Shown here: positions 8,366 through 17,855 of the stretch, one piece after another
How positions within the stretch are numbered: position 1 is the first letter of the stretch
Layout of the letters: each line of letters opens with the position of its first letter
Virus record (IMG/VR): IMGVR_UViG_3300020044_003817
Location: 1-25,178 of that record
DNA length: 25,178 bases
Reading direction: 5' to 3' (one strand)
Origin: a virus
Lineage: Duplodnaviria; Caudoviricetes
Program-made: the position numbers and the translations under genes
The notes under the pieces: model-generated
Databases searched by the model: none
Seen by the model: only the letters and a program-made list of their open reading frames with translations
Told to the model about the DNA's origin: nothing

Positions 8366-9021
8366 AAGAATACGACCCGATGGATGATTATGAGAATCTC
8401 CACGAAGGCGAAACGATTTATGTTCTTGGCTCAGGTGCAACGCTTGACTATCTGACACCAGATTTCTTTGACGACAAGGTAACTATCGCAGTCAACTTCG
8501 TTGGCTCGGTGTTCGGGTTGAAGGGTTACTACTGTTTCAGCCATTATCACGAGGACGCTAAGCATGAGGCGATACGTGAGGATTGTATTGGTGTGTTTAC
8601 TCCTGAGCGTGAGCATGGTACGGATGGTTCGTTCGGTGGGTTTATGCCGAACATCACCACGTTCGGTACCCGCACCGGTAGACCTGGAACATCGTTTGAC
8701 CCGCATGGGAAGGATTGGCCTGTGTTGTCAGGGCAGTTAACTATCGGGTCTTCGAGCATTCATGGTGCGATGCATTTGGCGGCGCATATGGGGGCGAAGT
8801 TCATTGTGTTGGTTGGGGCTGATTGTGGTTGGCTTGGTGGGCGTGATAGGGCTGATGGGTATCCTGCTGGTGATTCGCATTGGGCTTTGTATGAGATGCA
8901 TTTGCGGGAGATGAAGAAGCGTTTGTGGGATGTGTATGGTTGCCAGACGTACAGTCTGAATCCGTTTGTGAATTACAGCCTTGAAGGTGTGCAGTATCGT
9001 GGAGTAGCGAACATAAACTAG
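8356..9021 (+). CDS. DUF115/Maf-like or sialyltransferase-like Rossmann protein (putative glycosyltransferase)
   Basis: GETIYVLGSGATL, TIAVN, SSIHGAMHLAAHMGAKFIVLVGADC match the Maf/DUF115/GT42-type pattern. Confidence 0.65.
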   Translation: MGLKEYDPMDDYENLHEGETIYVLGSGATLDYLTPDFFDDKVTIAVNFVGSVFGLKGYYCFSHYHEDAKHEAIREDCIGVFTPEREHGTDGSFGGFMPNITTFGTRTGRPGTSFDPHGKDWPVLSGQLTIGSSSIHGAMHLAAHMGAKFIVLVGADCGWLGGRDRADGYPAGDSHWALYEMHLREMKKRLWDVYGCQTYSLNPFVNYSLEGVQYRGVANIN

Positions 9022-9033
9022 AATCGGGACACC

Positions 9034-9657
9034 ATGATTAACCAAGGGTACGCCACCAGAAATCAGGTCAAAGCAGCTCTCCGCATCGGAACGGCTGACA
9101 CGCTTGATGATGATTTGATTGACAACTGTGTTGGTGCTGCTTCACGTCTCATTGATGGTTACTGCAATCGTAAGTTCTGGCAGAGTGGTACGGCTGAGGC
9201 ACGGGTGTTTCAGGCTGAGGATTCGTTCTACTGCTCCATTGATGACATCGCTGGGACGGCGTTGACTTTGAAAACTTCTACTCAGGCTGACGGAACTTTT
9301 GATTTAACTTGGAAGGTTTCGGATTATCAGTTGGAACCGTTGAACGGAAACCTTGACGGGCTGACTTGGAGTTATGACAAGATTCGTGCGGTTGGCGATT
9401 ACCTGTTCCCTACTGTGAATAACAATTATGGTGAGCAGGCTTTGGTTCAGGTGACTGCTGTGTTTGGTTGGCCTTCGGTGCCGGAGCCAATTACACAGGC
9501 AACGATTATTCAGGCTTCACGTATCTTCAAACGCTACGACTCGCCTCTTGGTGTGGCTGGGTTTGGTGACTTGGGCGCGATTCGTGTGTCTCGTTTCCTT
9601 GACCCTGATATGGCTCAGTTGGTTGAGCCGTATCGTCGTATGCGGATTTTTGCGTGA
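9034..9657 (+). CDS. Head-tail connector/adaptor (HK97 gp6-like)
   Basis: YAT..QVKAAL, AASRLIDGYCNRKF, GWPSVP..I.QA, and position after the head genes. Confidence 0.8.
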   Translation: MINQGYATRNQVKAALRIGTADTLDDDLIDNCVGAASRLIDGYCNRKFWQSGTAEARVFQAEDSFYCSIDDIAGTALTLKTSTQADGTFDLTWKVSDYQLEPLNGNLDGLTWSYDKIRAVGDYLFPTVNNNYGEQALVQVTAVFGWPSVPEPITQATIIQASRIFKRYDSPLGVAGFGDLGAIRVSRFLDPDMAQLVEPYRRMRIFA

Positions 9658-10061
9658 GTTACTCTGTCACCGATATTAAGACTGGTATCGCTAACGCGCT
9701 TGCCACGATCCCAGGTCTTCGGGCTTATGCTCAGCAGCCTGACAACATCAATGCACCGTTTGCTTGGCCTATGTTGGATTCAATTACCTATAACGGGGCT
9801 ATGCGTGGTGGGTTGGTGACCCATATTTTTACTGTGTCGGTGTGTGTGGGTAGGTCTGCGGAACGTACAGCTCAGACTGCTTTGGATGGGTATTTGTCTT
9901 ATGAGGGTTCGACTTCGGTTCGTGCTGCTTTGGAGGCTGACAGGTCTTTGGGTGGGGTGGTGCAGAATTTGCTGGTTGAATCTGCCAGCAATATCGCCAC
10001 GATGGATGGTAATGATGCGACGTATTTGATGGTTGACTTCCGTGTGGTGGTGTACGCTTAG
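9654..10061 (+). CDS. Tail terminator/completion protein
   Basis: GTGA overlap, SVRAALEADRSLGG motif, immediately before the tail tube gene. Confidence 0.65.
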   Translation: MSYSVTDIKTGIANALATIPGLRAYAQQPDNINAPFAWPMLDSITYNGAMRGGLVTHIFTVSVCVGRSAERTAQTALDGYLSYEGSTSVRAALEADRSLGGVVQNLLVESASNIATMDGNDATYLMVDFRVVVYA

Positions 10062-10135
10062 TTGATACGCATTCCTGCGAGCGTGTAGAGTTTCAGTAGT
10101 AAATCTTCGAGTGCCGGAAGGCAGGAGTCACAAAC

Positions 10136-10561
10136 ATGGCAAAGCAAGTTCTCACTAACGTGGCGGTTACCTTCGGTACAGCGAACACGGACATCACCTC
10201 ATACGTAACATCGATAACACTCAACCTGTCAAAGGCTGAAGTTACTACAACTTCGTTCGGTTCATCTGGTGCAACAACCCGCATCGCAGGCCTCGCAGAC
10301 AACTCAATCACACTTGAGTTGCAACAGGACTATCCAACGATTGAGAAGTTGTTCTACGACGCTTGGAACGCTGGTACTGCTGTACCAATGACGGTGAAGC
10401 CAAACGGAACTGGTGCTGCTTCAAGTACCAATCCTTCGTATGCGTTTAACGTGGTACCACTAACCTGGCAAAGCGTGAACGGTGCGGTGGGCGACATCGC
10501 TACGGCGAGCATCACCTATCCAATCGATGGTGCTGTAACTAAGACTGGTACTGGCGCGTAA
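10136..10561 (+). CDS. Major tail tube protein
   Basis: EVTTTSFG...RIAGL, STNPSY, GAVGDIATASITYP. Strong AGGAG RBS preceded by a TGCC-GGAA-GGCA hairpin. Confidence 0.8.
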   Translation: MAKQVLTNVAVTFGTANTDITSYVTSITLNLSKAEVTTTSFGSSGATTRIAGLADNSITLELQQDYPTIEKLFYDAWNAGTAVPMTVKPNGTGAASSTNPSYAFNVVPLTWQSVNGAVGDIATASITYPIDGAVTKTGTGA

Positions 10562-10596
10562 GTTTTTCTAGTAACCCTTAACCCTGCGGAGGACAA

Positions 10597-10887
10597 ATGA
10601 AAATAGCGTTAGAAGTAACGTCATCGTTAGATCAATCAAAGCGCACCATCATTGCTGCGTTCCCAGACTTCATCGCGTTTGAACAGAAGTTCAGTAAAAG
10701 CGTTGCGAAGTTTGAGGCTGAGTTAACGCTCACCGATTTAGGTTTTTTGGCTTGGCATTCTGAGCATCGTCAGAAGCGCACGGGTTTAGATTTTGATTCG
10801 TGGATTAACGAGATTGAAGCACTTGAACTTGGGGATCAGGCTAACGCTGTGATCGTCCCTTTGGAGATCAGTCAGCACATTGGATGA
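10597..10887 (+). CDS. Tail assembly chaperone (gpG-like)
   Basis: Follows the tail tube gene, GGAGG RBS, slippery site near the 3' end. Confidence 0.75.
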   Translation: MKIALEVTSSLDQSKRTIIAAFPDFIAFEQKFSKSVAKFEAELTLTDLGFLAWHSEHRQKRTGLDFDSWINEIEALELGDQANAVIVPLEISQHIG

Positions 10888-11006
10888 TTGCGTATCTGTC
10901 TGTTGAGACAGGTATTGCGCCTTCGGTGTTGCTGGCGGAAGACCCTCGAATGTTGTTCACTATGTTTGCTTATTTGCGTTGGAGAGCAATTCATCTAAAC
11001 AAGTAG
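10597..11006 (+). CDS. Tail assembly chaperone -1 frameshift extension (gpGT-like)
   Basis: C CCT TTG heptamer at 10857-10863. The -1 frame reads GDQSAHWMIAYLSVETGIAPSVLLAEDPRMLFTMFAYLRWRAIHLNK to TAG 11004-11006. Confidence 0.8.
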
Positions 11007-11015
11007 TCTTGCTGT

Positions 11016-11534
11016 ATGGCGGTTTTCGGTAGAGCAGGTCAGGTCACTATTACTGGTGGCAATGATGCGATTGAGATTGTTGGTATCGCAAACTTTTTGC
11101 GTGACGCTGCGAAGGCTGATGACCGGTTCAATACTGAGATGCGTAAAGCTGCACAGAATGTGGCTGAGAATTTGAATGAGAAGGCTAAGGCGGAGGCTGC
11201 GACTGTTACTCGTTCGCGTCAGGCTACTGAGGTGATGAAGGGTATGCGGGCTAGGCGTGACCGTATTCCTACTATCAAGTTGAGTGAGAAGTCTGCGTTT
11301 GTTTCTAAATCGAACCCAAACCGTAAGCGTAAACGGAAGGTCACTAGGGGTGACGTGTTCTTTGGTGCTGAGTTTGGTGGTCAGGCTAGGCCTCGTACCC
11401 AGCAGTTCTTAAGGCATCGTGGGCGGTCTGGTTATTTCTTTTGGCAGACTGTCCGTAAGGAAAAGGGCAATATTGCCAGGGAATATTTGGACGCGATTCA
11501 GAAGGTGTTGAACACCCTGAAAGATAAGGCTTGA
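11016..11534 (+). CDS. HK97 gp10-like neck/tail completion protein
   Basis: IEIVGI..F.R, basic composition, FFGAEFGG, GYFFWQTV. Confidence 0.6.
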   Translation: MAVFGRAGQVTITGGNDAIEIVGIANFLRDAAKADDRFNTEMRKAAQNVAENLNEKAKAEAATVTRSRQATEVMKGMRARRDRIPTIKLSEKSAFVSKSNPNRKRKRKVTRGDVFFGAEFGGQARPRTQQFLRHRGRSGYFFWQTVRKEKGNIAREYLDAIQKVLNTLKDKA

Positions 11535-11572
11535 CATCGGGCTGGTTTCCTGTACCCTCTAGGTAGGAGGGG
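11531..11572 (+). promoter_or_regulatory. SigA-type promoter plus strong SD for the prim-pol-like gene
   Basis: TTGACA (11531-11536), 16 nt, TACCCT (11553-11558). AGGAGG at 11565-11570. Confidence 0.6.
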
Positions 11573-11574
11573 TT

Positions 11575-12285
11575 ATGGCAGTTCTGTTTAAGAATGTGAA
11601 GTCGATTTATCCGAAGCCGTTGGCTTCGTCTTGGGAACAACTCAAAGAGCTGTTGTCGTTGCATGAGGAGAACCCTGTTAAGCAGGCTGGGGCGTTGTGG
11701 TCTCCGGTTGAGTATGACTTGGGTACGACTAGAGGGAATCGTAATGTCAGGTTTGTTGAGGCGTTGGTTGTGGACATGGACGGCGAGGCGTTTGATAATG
11801 CTCGTTTGGATGGGTTGGAATGGTTTGCTTATTCAACTTATTCGCATCGTTTGGATGACCCTCACTATCACTTGGTTTTACCGTTAGCGGAGCGGGTGCC
11901 TGCGTCGTTGTGGCGTGTGGTGTGGCAGGAGTTGCATGACCGTATTGGTTTGGTTGGTGACCCACAGACTAAAGATGCTGCACGTATTTTCTATCTACCT
12001 CAGCATGCACCTGGTCAGCCGTTTGAGTTTCATGAGGGTCATGGTGTGTTGTTGGATTCGTCGTTCAGGTTGGATGTTGAGTTCGCTTCGAATCCTGTGT
12101 CACCACGCTCGAAGCAGGTGCGTCAGCCTCGTGCGCGTCGTGCTGGTGTGGAGGTGATGTCTGAGGCTTGGTGGAATGCTCCAACGGATTTAAGTCGTTG
12201 GGATGGTTTGACAGGTAAGGCTTTGTATTCTGCGATGTTGGATGAGTTTGTTGCTTTGCGGAATGGGTTGTCTGTTATTGAGTAG
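11575..12285 (+). CDS. Stand-alone primase-polymerase (AEP-superfamily)-like protein
   Basis: ALVVDMDG (DxD), YSTYSH, PHYHLVLPL and DPQTKDAARIFYLP resemble phage prim-pol catalytic domains. No helicase motif. Confidence 0.65.
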   Translation: MAVLFKNVKSIYPKPLASSWEQLKELLSLHEENPVKQAGALWSPVEYDLGTTRGNRNVRFVEALVVDMDGEAFDNARLDGLEWFAYSTYSHRLDDPHYHLVLPLAERVPASLWRVVWQELHDRIGLVGDPQTKDAARIFYLPQHAPGQPFEFHEGHGVLLDSSFRLDVEFASNPVSPRSKQVRQPRARRAGVEVMSEAWWNAPTDLSRWDGLTGKALYSAMLDEFVALRNGLSVIE

Positions 12286-12294
12286 AATCGGCGT

Positions 12295-14295
12295 ATGGCT
12301 GGTGAGCGGACGTTCGTTGTTAAATTCATTTCTGATACCGCTAAAGCGCAGGCAGGTTTCAAAGGTTTATCTGGTGGCCTGAAAGGTTTGCAGAAGTCGG
12401 TTGGTAGCGCAATCCCTGGTTGGGGTCAGTTGGCTATTGCTGGTGCTGCTGCGTTGGGTGGTATCGCAGCAGGGTTGACTTCTGCGGTGAAGGCTGCGAT
12501 GGAAGACCAGAAGTCACAAGCTGAGTTGCAACGTCAGCTGGAGAAAACCTTTGGTGCTAATGAGGCGTTGACCCGTTCTGCTGAACGATATATCTCGGTC
12601 ACTCAACTTCGTACCGGAACTTCGGACACGGAACTTCGTGCGTCGTTGGGGACTTTGGTTCGAGCGACAGGCGACCTCACACAGTCACAAGGTCTTCTCA
12701 ATACTGCTCAAGATATTTCTGCTGCGACAGGTAAAGACCTTGCATCGGTTTCTTTGGCGTTGGCTAAAGCAAGCCAGGGTCAGTTCACCGCGCTATCAAA
12801 ACTCGGCATACCACTCGATGAGAACATCAAGAAGTCCAAGGACTTTGAAAAGGTTGTTGGTCTACTCAATGACCAGTTTGGCGGTGCTGCGGAAACTGCT
12901 GCGAATACGTTCGGTGGACAGTTAAAGATTTTGCAAGGACAGTTCGGAGAGATACTGGAAACCATTGGTGCAGCCCTGTTGCCTTACCTGCAACAATTCT
13001 CTGAATACTTGGTTAATAATGTGGCACCAGCCATTCAGCGCGTCACCTCAGTTATCGGTGAAAAAGGTTTGTTGGCTGGTTTCCAACAACTCTTATTTGA
13101 ATCAGGTAGTGCTGGGAAGGCTATTGTCTCGACGCTTAAGTTCATAGCGGTAGGTTTTGCACTCGCCACAAACGCAATCGCCCCGTTCATCTATTTATCA
13201 AGAGCTGCATATAGGGCTGCAACACTTGACTTCAAGGGTGCTTGGGAAGACATGAAGTCTTCAGTCAAAGAACAAATCCCAATCGTTCCTTTGATGAACT
13301 CATTTGACAAATTGGGGACATCTGTAAATCATTACAAATTAAGCATTCGTGATGCAATCAACGAGCAGACAAGTTTTAAGGGTTCTGTTGGTGAATTGGC
13401 TGGTGATACTTCAGGTTTGGGTAAGGTTAGTAAGACTTTGAAAACTGCGACACAAAAGTTGGATGAATATAACAAGAGTCTTAAGACCAGCGAATCTATT
13501 CAGAGTAGGTTGACGAAGGCTGGGAAGGCTGAGTCGGGGGCGTTGTCTTCGTTGACTGATGCGAATGACAGGTTGGCTGCGGCTAAGGCTAATTTGGCTC
13601 AGATTGAGCGTGGGTTTGGTGCTGGTTCGCCGGAGGCGTTGGCTGCGCAGAAGGAGTTGGATAGGGCGCAGAGGAGCCAGGAGCGGGCGACGTTTGCTGT
13701 TGAGGAAGCTATTTATTCGGTGGCTGATGCTGAGAAGAATTTGGCTGAGGTTCGTAGCGATCCTTTGTCATCTCCGATGGATGTTCGTCGTGCTGAGTTG
13801 GGGTTGGCTGAGGCGAAGTTGTCGGTGAAGGATGCGATTGATTCTCAGATTGATTCGACTAAGGAATTGAATGACCAGCAGACGTTGTTGAATGCAACTA
13901 TTTATGGTGCGACGGTTGGCAATGTTCTTTACGATGAGGCGTTGCGTAATGTTGAGGATGCGATTCGTGAGCAGGCTTCAGCGTTTGAGGCTTGGGAGGA
14001 GGCGGTCACTAGCACCAGGGAGGCTCAGGATGAGTTCAATAAGTCGTTGCAGGCTACGGCTGATTTGATTGCTAAGTATCCGAAGGTGTTGGGTGGGATG
14101 GTGAATCCGATGGCTGGGGTGTCTGGTCAGGTGGGAACTACGGCTGGTGGAGGGTTTGCGTTGCGTCCGAATGAGACGTATCAGATCAATATCAATGCTG
14201 CGATTGCTGAGCAGGGTTTGCCTCAGAAGGTTGTGGAGGCGTTGCAACAATACAATCGGAGTGTTGGCAAAGTTCCTATAACGACTGGTAAGTGA
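12295..14295 (+). CDS. Tape measure protein
   Basis: 666 aa, Ala/Gly-rich and helical, AQDISAATGKDL, FGGAAETAANTFGGQL, coiled-coil C-terminal half, typical position. Confidence 0.88.
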   Translation: MAGERTFVVKFISDTAKAQAGFKGLSGGLKGLQKSVGSAIPGWGQLAIAGAAALGGIAAGLTSAVKAAMEDQKSQAELQRQLEKTFGANEALTRSAERYISVTQLRTGTSDTELRASLGTLVRATGDLTQSQGLLNTAQDISAATGKDLASVSLALAKASQGQFTALSKLGIPLDENIKKSKDFEKVVGLLNDQFGGAAETAANTFGGQLKILQGQFGEILETIGAALLPYLQQFSEYLVNNVAPAIQRVTSVIGEKGLLAGFQQLLFESGSAGKAIVSTLKFIAVGFALATNAIAPFIYLSRAAYRAATLDFKGAWEDMKSSVKEQIPIVPLMNSFDKLGTSVNHYKLSIRDAINEQTSFKGSVGELAGDTSGLGKVSKTLKTATQKLDEYNKSLKTSESIQSRLTKAGKAESGALSSLTDANDRLAAAKANLAQIERGFGAGSPEALAAQKELDRAQRSQERATFAVEEAIYSVADAEKNLAEVRSDPLSSPMDVRRAELGLAEAKLSVKDAIDSQIDSTKELNDQQTLLNATIYGATVGNVLYDEALRNVEDAIREQASAFEAWEEAVTSTREAQDEFNKSLQATADLIAKYPKVLGGMVNPMAGVSGQVGTTAGGGFALRPNETYQININAAIAEQGLPQKVVEALQQYNRSVGKVPITTGK

Positions 14296-14299
14296 CGCG

Positions 14300-15100
14300 A
14301 TGCCTGTTGCGATTCCTAACTGTGGCACCTATACGGTTGAAATGGATTATGGTGCGTCTACGAATGCGTTCATTTTGGATAACGCTGTGTCTGGTGTTCT
14401 TGACCAAACGGTGTATGTGTTGGAAGGCACTACCGACTGGCAGGATGTGACCTCTTATGTGAAACAGGTGTCAATCAATCGTGGTCGCCAGAACAGGTTC
14501 CGTGACCCTACCGGTCAGTCTTCGACTGCGGTGTTGCAGATTGAGGATTTGGATTTCAAGTTCAGCATGGTGAATGAGGGTTCACCGTATTGGAATGCCA
14601 TTAAGGGACGGTTGGGGTTTGAGTTGAACTCTGGTGTGCGGATTAGCCGTAATGGAACATATTTGTTTACTGGTGTTATCACCCAATATGACCAGAGGAT
14701 TGAGAACCCGAACAGGTCGCTTGTGACGGTGAACTGTTCCGATGAGTTGTTCACGTTAAACAACTCTAAAACAACATTTTTTACGGCTGTTGCGGAACGC
14801 TCTGACACTCGCATCAACACCGTTCTGTCGAACGCTGGAGCGTTCTCAAGGCCAGGTCAACGTATCTTAGAAACTGGTTTAGCGAACCTTGGTACTGCAC
14901 CTGTTGATGAAAGTACTTCGGTGTTGGAATACATTATGCGTATCAACAACTCTGAGCAGGGAAGGGTTTGGGTTGACGGTTCAGGTCGGTTCAACTTTGA
15001 CCGTCGCCTCACAGGTGAACTCCAAGCCATCGAAGGGTATCTATCCGATACTGGTGGTACGGCTATTCCTTATACGACGTTTGATATTGTGAGCAACTAA
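14300..15100 (+). CDS. Minor tail (baseplate/hub) protein, N-part
   Basis: WQDVTSYV..VSINRGR, YLFTG.I, SEQGRVWVDGSG.FNFDRR, directly after tape measure. Confidence 0.7.
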   Translation: MPVAIPNCGTYTVEMDYGASTNAFILDNAVSGVLDQTVYVLEGTTDWQDVTSYVKQVSINRGRQNRFRDPTGQSSTAVLQIEDLDFKFSMVNEGSPYWNAIKGRLGFELNSGVRISRNGTYLFTGVITQYDQRIENPNRSLVTVNCSDELFTLNNSKTTFFTAVAERSDTRINTVLSNAGAFSRPGQRILETGLANLGTAPVDESTSVLEYIMRINNSEQGRVWVDGSGRFNFDRRLTGELQAIEGYLSDTGGTAIPYTTFDIVSN

Positions 15101-15693
15101 TGCCTTTTGCAGTATCTAATCAAACTATCGCTGCTGCGGGAACATTAGAAGATTCTTTCGTTGCACCTACCGCTTCACGACCCAACGACTTCACCCCACT
15201 AAACCCTTCGGTGGTGAACGTAGTGAACGTCGGTATCGCCCCACCAGCACCAACTACCGGTACCCTTGCGACAACTATTGAGTATGCGCAGGGGATAGTT
15301 TCTGAATCGGTAGCCGAATATGGTGTGCAGGAAACACCTGTCGTTATCACCCTTCTAGAAACGCTTGAGGATGCTGCGTTGCTCGCTGAGTATTTGATTC
15401 GTTCTGCACCAGCGTTCTGGTTCGGCAACATTCAAATCATTATGAACGGTTTGACTGATGCGCAACGCACCACCATCAATAGTCTTGATATCGGGTCGCA
15501 GGTTTCGGTCACCAAATCATTCCCCAAATCCACCCCATCAACAGTCACACAGCTCATGGCAATCGAAGGCATCTCCCATGACATCACCCCAGACCGCCAC
15601 ATCGTCACCCTCTACCCCAACCCTGCCCGCATCTACACCTACTTCATTGTTGGCACCGATGTCTTGGATGACGATACGAAGGGATTGGGCTAG
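15100..15693 (+). CDS. Minor tail protein, C-part
   Basis: TAATG coupling, S.AEYG, LDIGSQVSV, IEGISHDITPDRH. Confidence 0.7.
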   Translation: MPFAVSNQTIAAAGTLEDSFVAPTASRPNDFTPLNPSVVNVVNVGIAPPAPTTGTLATTIEYAQGIVSESVAEYGVQETPVVITLLETLEDAALLAEYLIRSAPAFWFGNIQIIMNGLTDAQRTTINSLDIGSQVSVTKSFPKSTPSTVTQLMAIEGISHDITPDRHIVTLYPNPARIYTYFIVGTDVLDDDTKGLG

Positions 15694-15704
15694 ACTCAAC
15701 GGTT

Positions 15705-16088
15705 ATGGCTGTACGTCCAAGTTTTTCACCGGGGGATACCCTCACCGCATCTAATTTGAATATTCTTGCTAATTCGCTTATCGCTGTCACCGATCAGGCT
15801 GGCACCGCATTCACCCCTGGCACCGCTGACGTAGGCAAACTTATTACCCTCAGCAACGCTTCAGGTGAAACCGTCACCATTCCAGCGAACGCTACAACCG
15901 CATTCGCTATTGGTGACCAACTGAACTTCATGAACCTTTCAACTGGTACCGCCACCTTTGTTGCTGGTGGTACAGCTGTTATTCGTTCTGCTGGTAGCAA
16001 ACTTAAACTCACAACCCAATACGCTGTCTGTACCGTTCTCAAGATCGACACCGATGCTTGGGTGATGGTTGGCAACGTAACCGCGTAA
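15705..16088 (+). CDS. Tail fibre-proximal structural protein
   Basis: [13 protein letters not shown]-terminus, TVTIP...FAIGDQ, WVMVGN. Confidence 0.6.
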   Translation: MAVRPSFSPGDTLTASNLNILANSLIAVTDQAGTAFTPGTADVGKLITLSNASGETVTIPANATTAFAIGDQLNFMNLSTGTATFVAGGTAVIRSAGSKLKLTTQYAVCTVLKIDTDAWVMVGNVTA

Positions 16089-16092
16089 CACC

Positions 16093-16782
16093 ATGCAAAT
16101 CTTCGCAGGAGTGGGCGCGGGTGACCTTCAATTAGAGTTCATGGTTGTTGGTGCTGGTGGCGGTGGAGCTGCGGGATTTAACAATGGCTCAAATGCATCA
16201 AGTTCCCCCGGTGGTGGTGGTGGTGGAATTAGCATCACATCTAGTTCAATCTCCTCAATACCAGGAACATACACAATTACTGTTGGAGCAATCGGCGCAG
16301 CTGGTGGAGCCTCTGGTGGAACAGGTGGAACTTCAAGCGTCGTTAACCCATCCTCGGCAACAGTTGTTACCGCTAATGGCGGTGTTGGTTCAACACAGGG
16401 GTTCCCAGCAGGAACAGCAGGCGCGGGTGGCACAGGCTCAACATCAAATGGGACAACTGGAACATCAACCAACAACAACAGTTGGACTGGCGGCTATACA
16501 ACATCGTTTACTGGTTCATCATTAACGTTTGGTCGAGGTGGAAACCTGAACGGTTCTGGTATTGGAGCATCGGGAACAGCCAATACTGGTGACGGTGGCG
16601 TGGGTGGTGGCGGTGGGAACCCTTGGGCTGGTGGCGCGGGTGGAACTGGCATTGCATATCTGAAAATATTGACGGCAGAAGTTTCCAGAATAAGCAGCAC
16701 AACAGGATCACCAACAACTTCAACAAGCGGTAGTTACACGATTTATAGGTGGACTGGTTCGGGAACTGTGGTGATGAACTAA
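16093..16782 (+). CDS. Glycine-rich tail fibre/receptor-binding-like protein
   Basis: [43 protein letters not shown]. Confidence 0.65.
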   Translation: MQIFAGVGAGDLQLEFMVVGAGGGGAAGFNNGSNASSSPGGGGGGISITSSSISSIPGTYTITVGAIGAAGGASGGTGGTSSVVNPSSATVVTANGGVGSTQGFPAGTAGAGGTGSTSNGTTGTSTNNNSWTGGYTTSFTGSSLTFGRGGNLNGSGIGASGTANTGDGGVGGGGGNPWAGGAGGTGIAYLKILTAEVSRISSTTGSPTTSTSGSYTIYRWTGSGTVVMN

Positions 16783-16982
16783 TGGCTACCTACGCGCAAC
16801 TCGATGAATCCAATGTTGTTGTGAACATTGTTGTTGCAGATTCGGAATGGGTTGCACTCCAATCAGGAACTTGGATTGAATACACCGAAGAAAATCAGGC
16901 ATACATTGGTGGCAGTTACATTGAAGAAACTGATGTTTTCACTAACCCAAACGAAACAGAAGATTCACCTCCAGCCATCTAA
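16782..16982 (+). CDS. Small fibre-associated protein
   Basis: TAATG coupling gives a start at 16782. [18 protein letters not shown]...YIGGSY...DVF. Confidence 0.6.
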   Translation: MATYAQLDESNVVVNIVVADSEWVALQSGTWIEYTEENQAYIGGSYIEETDVFTNPNETEDSPPAI

Positions 16983-17036
16983 CTTGTAAAACCTTGTTTT
17001 TGTACACTTGCTGAGTACCGTCTTGAAGGGTTTTAT

Positions 17037-17261
17037 ATGCGAAAAGTTAAAGCGTTCATTCATAACAATCCTGTTCGGGTCGCAGCTTTCGTATCTTCTG
17101 CGGTTGCGCTAATTGTTTCCTTCGTTGTTCCAGATGTTCCTGTTGAACCTGCTATCGCATTTGTGTTGTCTGCTTTGGGTTTGGGTGAGTTCGCTCAACG
17201 TGCTGAGGATAAGAAAACTGCTGAAGCGTTGTTAACTGAAGTGCCTGAAATCTCTGAATAA
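17037..17261 (+). CDS. Putative holin
   Basis: Two hydrophobic segments, charged C-terminus, TAATG-coupled to the endolysin. Confidence 0.6.
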   Translation: MRKVKAFIHNNPVRVAAFVSSAVALIVSFVVPDVPVEPAIAFVLSALGLGEFAQRAEDKKTAEALLTEVPEISE

Positions 17262-17854
17262 TGGGTTTGTTGAGGAGAGCGTCGGTTGGTCGTTTGCCTG
17301 TGGCGAAGATGGTGCTACCACAGGATTTGAAGGGTTGTGAGAACGGCAAACTTCCTGCTTCCCTGTTGTGGAAGATTGCTCCGTCAGGTCAGATGCATCA
17401 TTACGCGGCTGCGTCTTGGGCGATGCTTCGTGATCTTGCTGCGAAGGAAGGTTTGGATTTGGTGCATGTTGGCGATTATCGCCCTTACACCCAGCAGGTC
17501 GCGTTGTTTATGTCGAGGATGAAACCTTTCCCTGATGCGAAAAGGAATGTGCAGGTTGTTCGCATGTGGAATGGTGAAAAATGGTATCTGCACGTTGGCG
17601 CACCTGTGGCGACACCTGGTACGAGTAATCATGGGTGGGGTTTGGCTATTGACGCTGCACTTAAAACTAAGGGTGCTAGTGGTGGGGTTGTTGGTATCTC
17701 TACGAAACCGAAAACTGCTAAACGGTCTGGGCTAGATTTTTTGTTGGCTGAGGCACCATCGTTGGGTTGGTCTTGGGAGTTGCAGTCTGAGCCTTGGCAT
17801 ATTCGTTATGTGGCTGGGGATAAGGTTCCGGCACGGCTGGTTGGTCAGGTTTGA
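17261..17854 (+). CDS. Endolysin, M15 (VanY/D-Ala-D-Ala peptidase-like) zinc peptidase
   Basis: YR....Q, ATPGTSNHGWGLAID (SxHxxGxAxD), EPWH. Confidence 0.85.
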   Translation: MGLLRRASVGRLPVAKMVLPQDLKGCENGKLPASLLWKIAPSGQMHHYAAASWAMLRDLAAKEGLDLVHVGDYRPYTQQVALFMSRMKPFPDAKRNVQVVRMWNGEKWYLHVGAPVATPGTSNHGWGLAIDAALKTKGASGGVVGISTKPKTAKRSGLDFLLAEAPSLGWSWELQSEPWHIRYVAGDKVPARLVGQV

Positions 17855-17855
17855 T

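Noticed and set aside
16140-16650. GGT/GGC runs as tandem repeat or contingency locus
   Set aside because: They simply encode the glycine-rich fibre protein.
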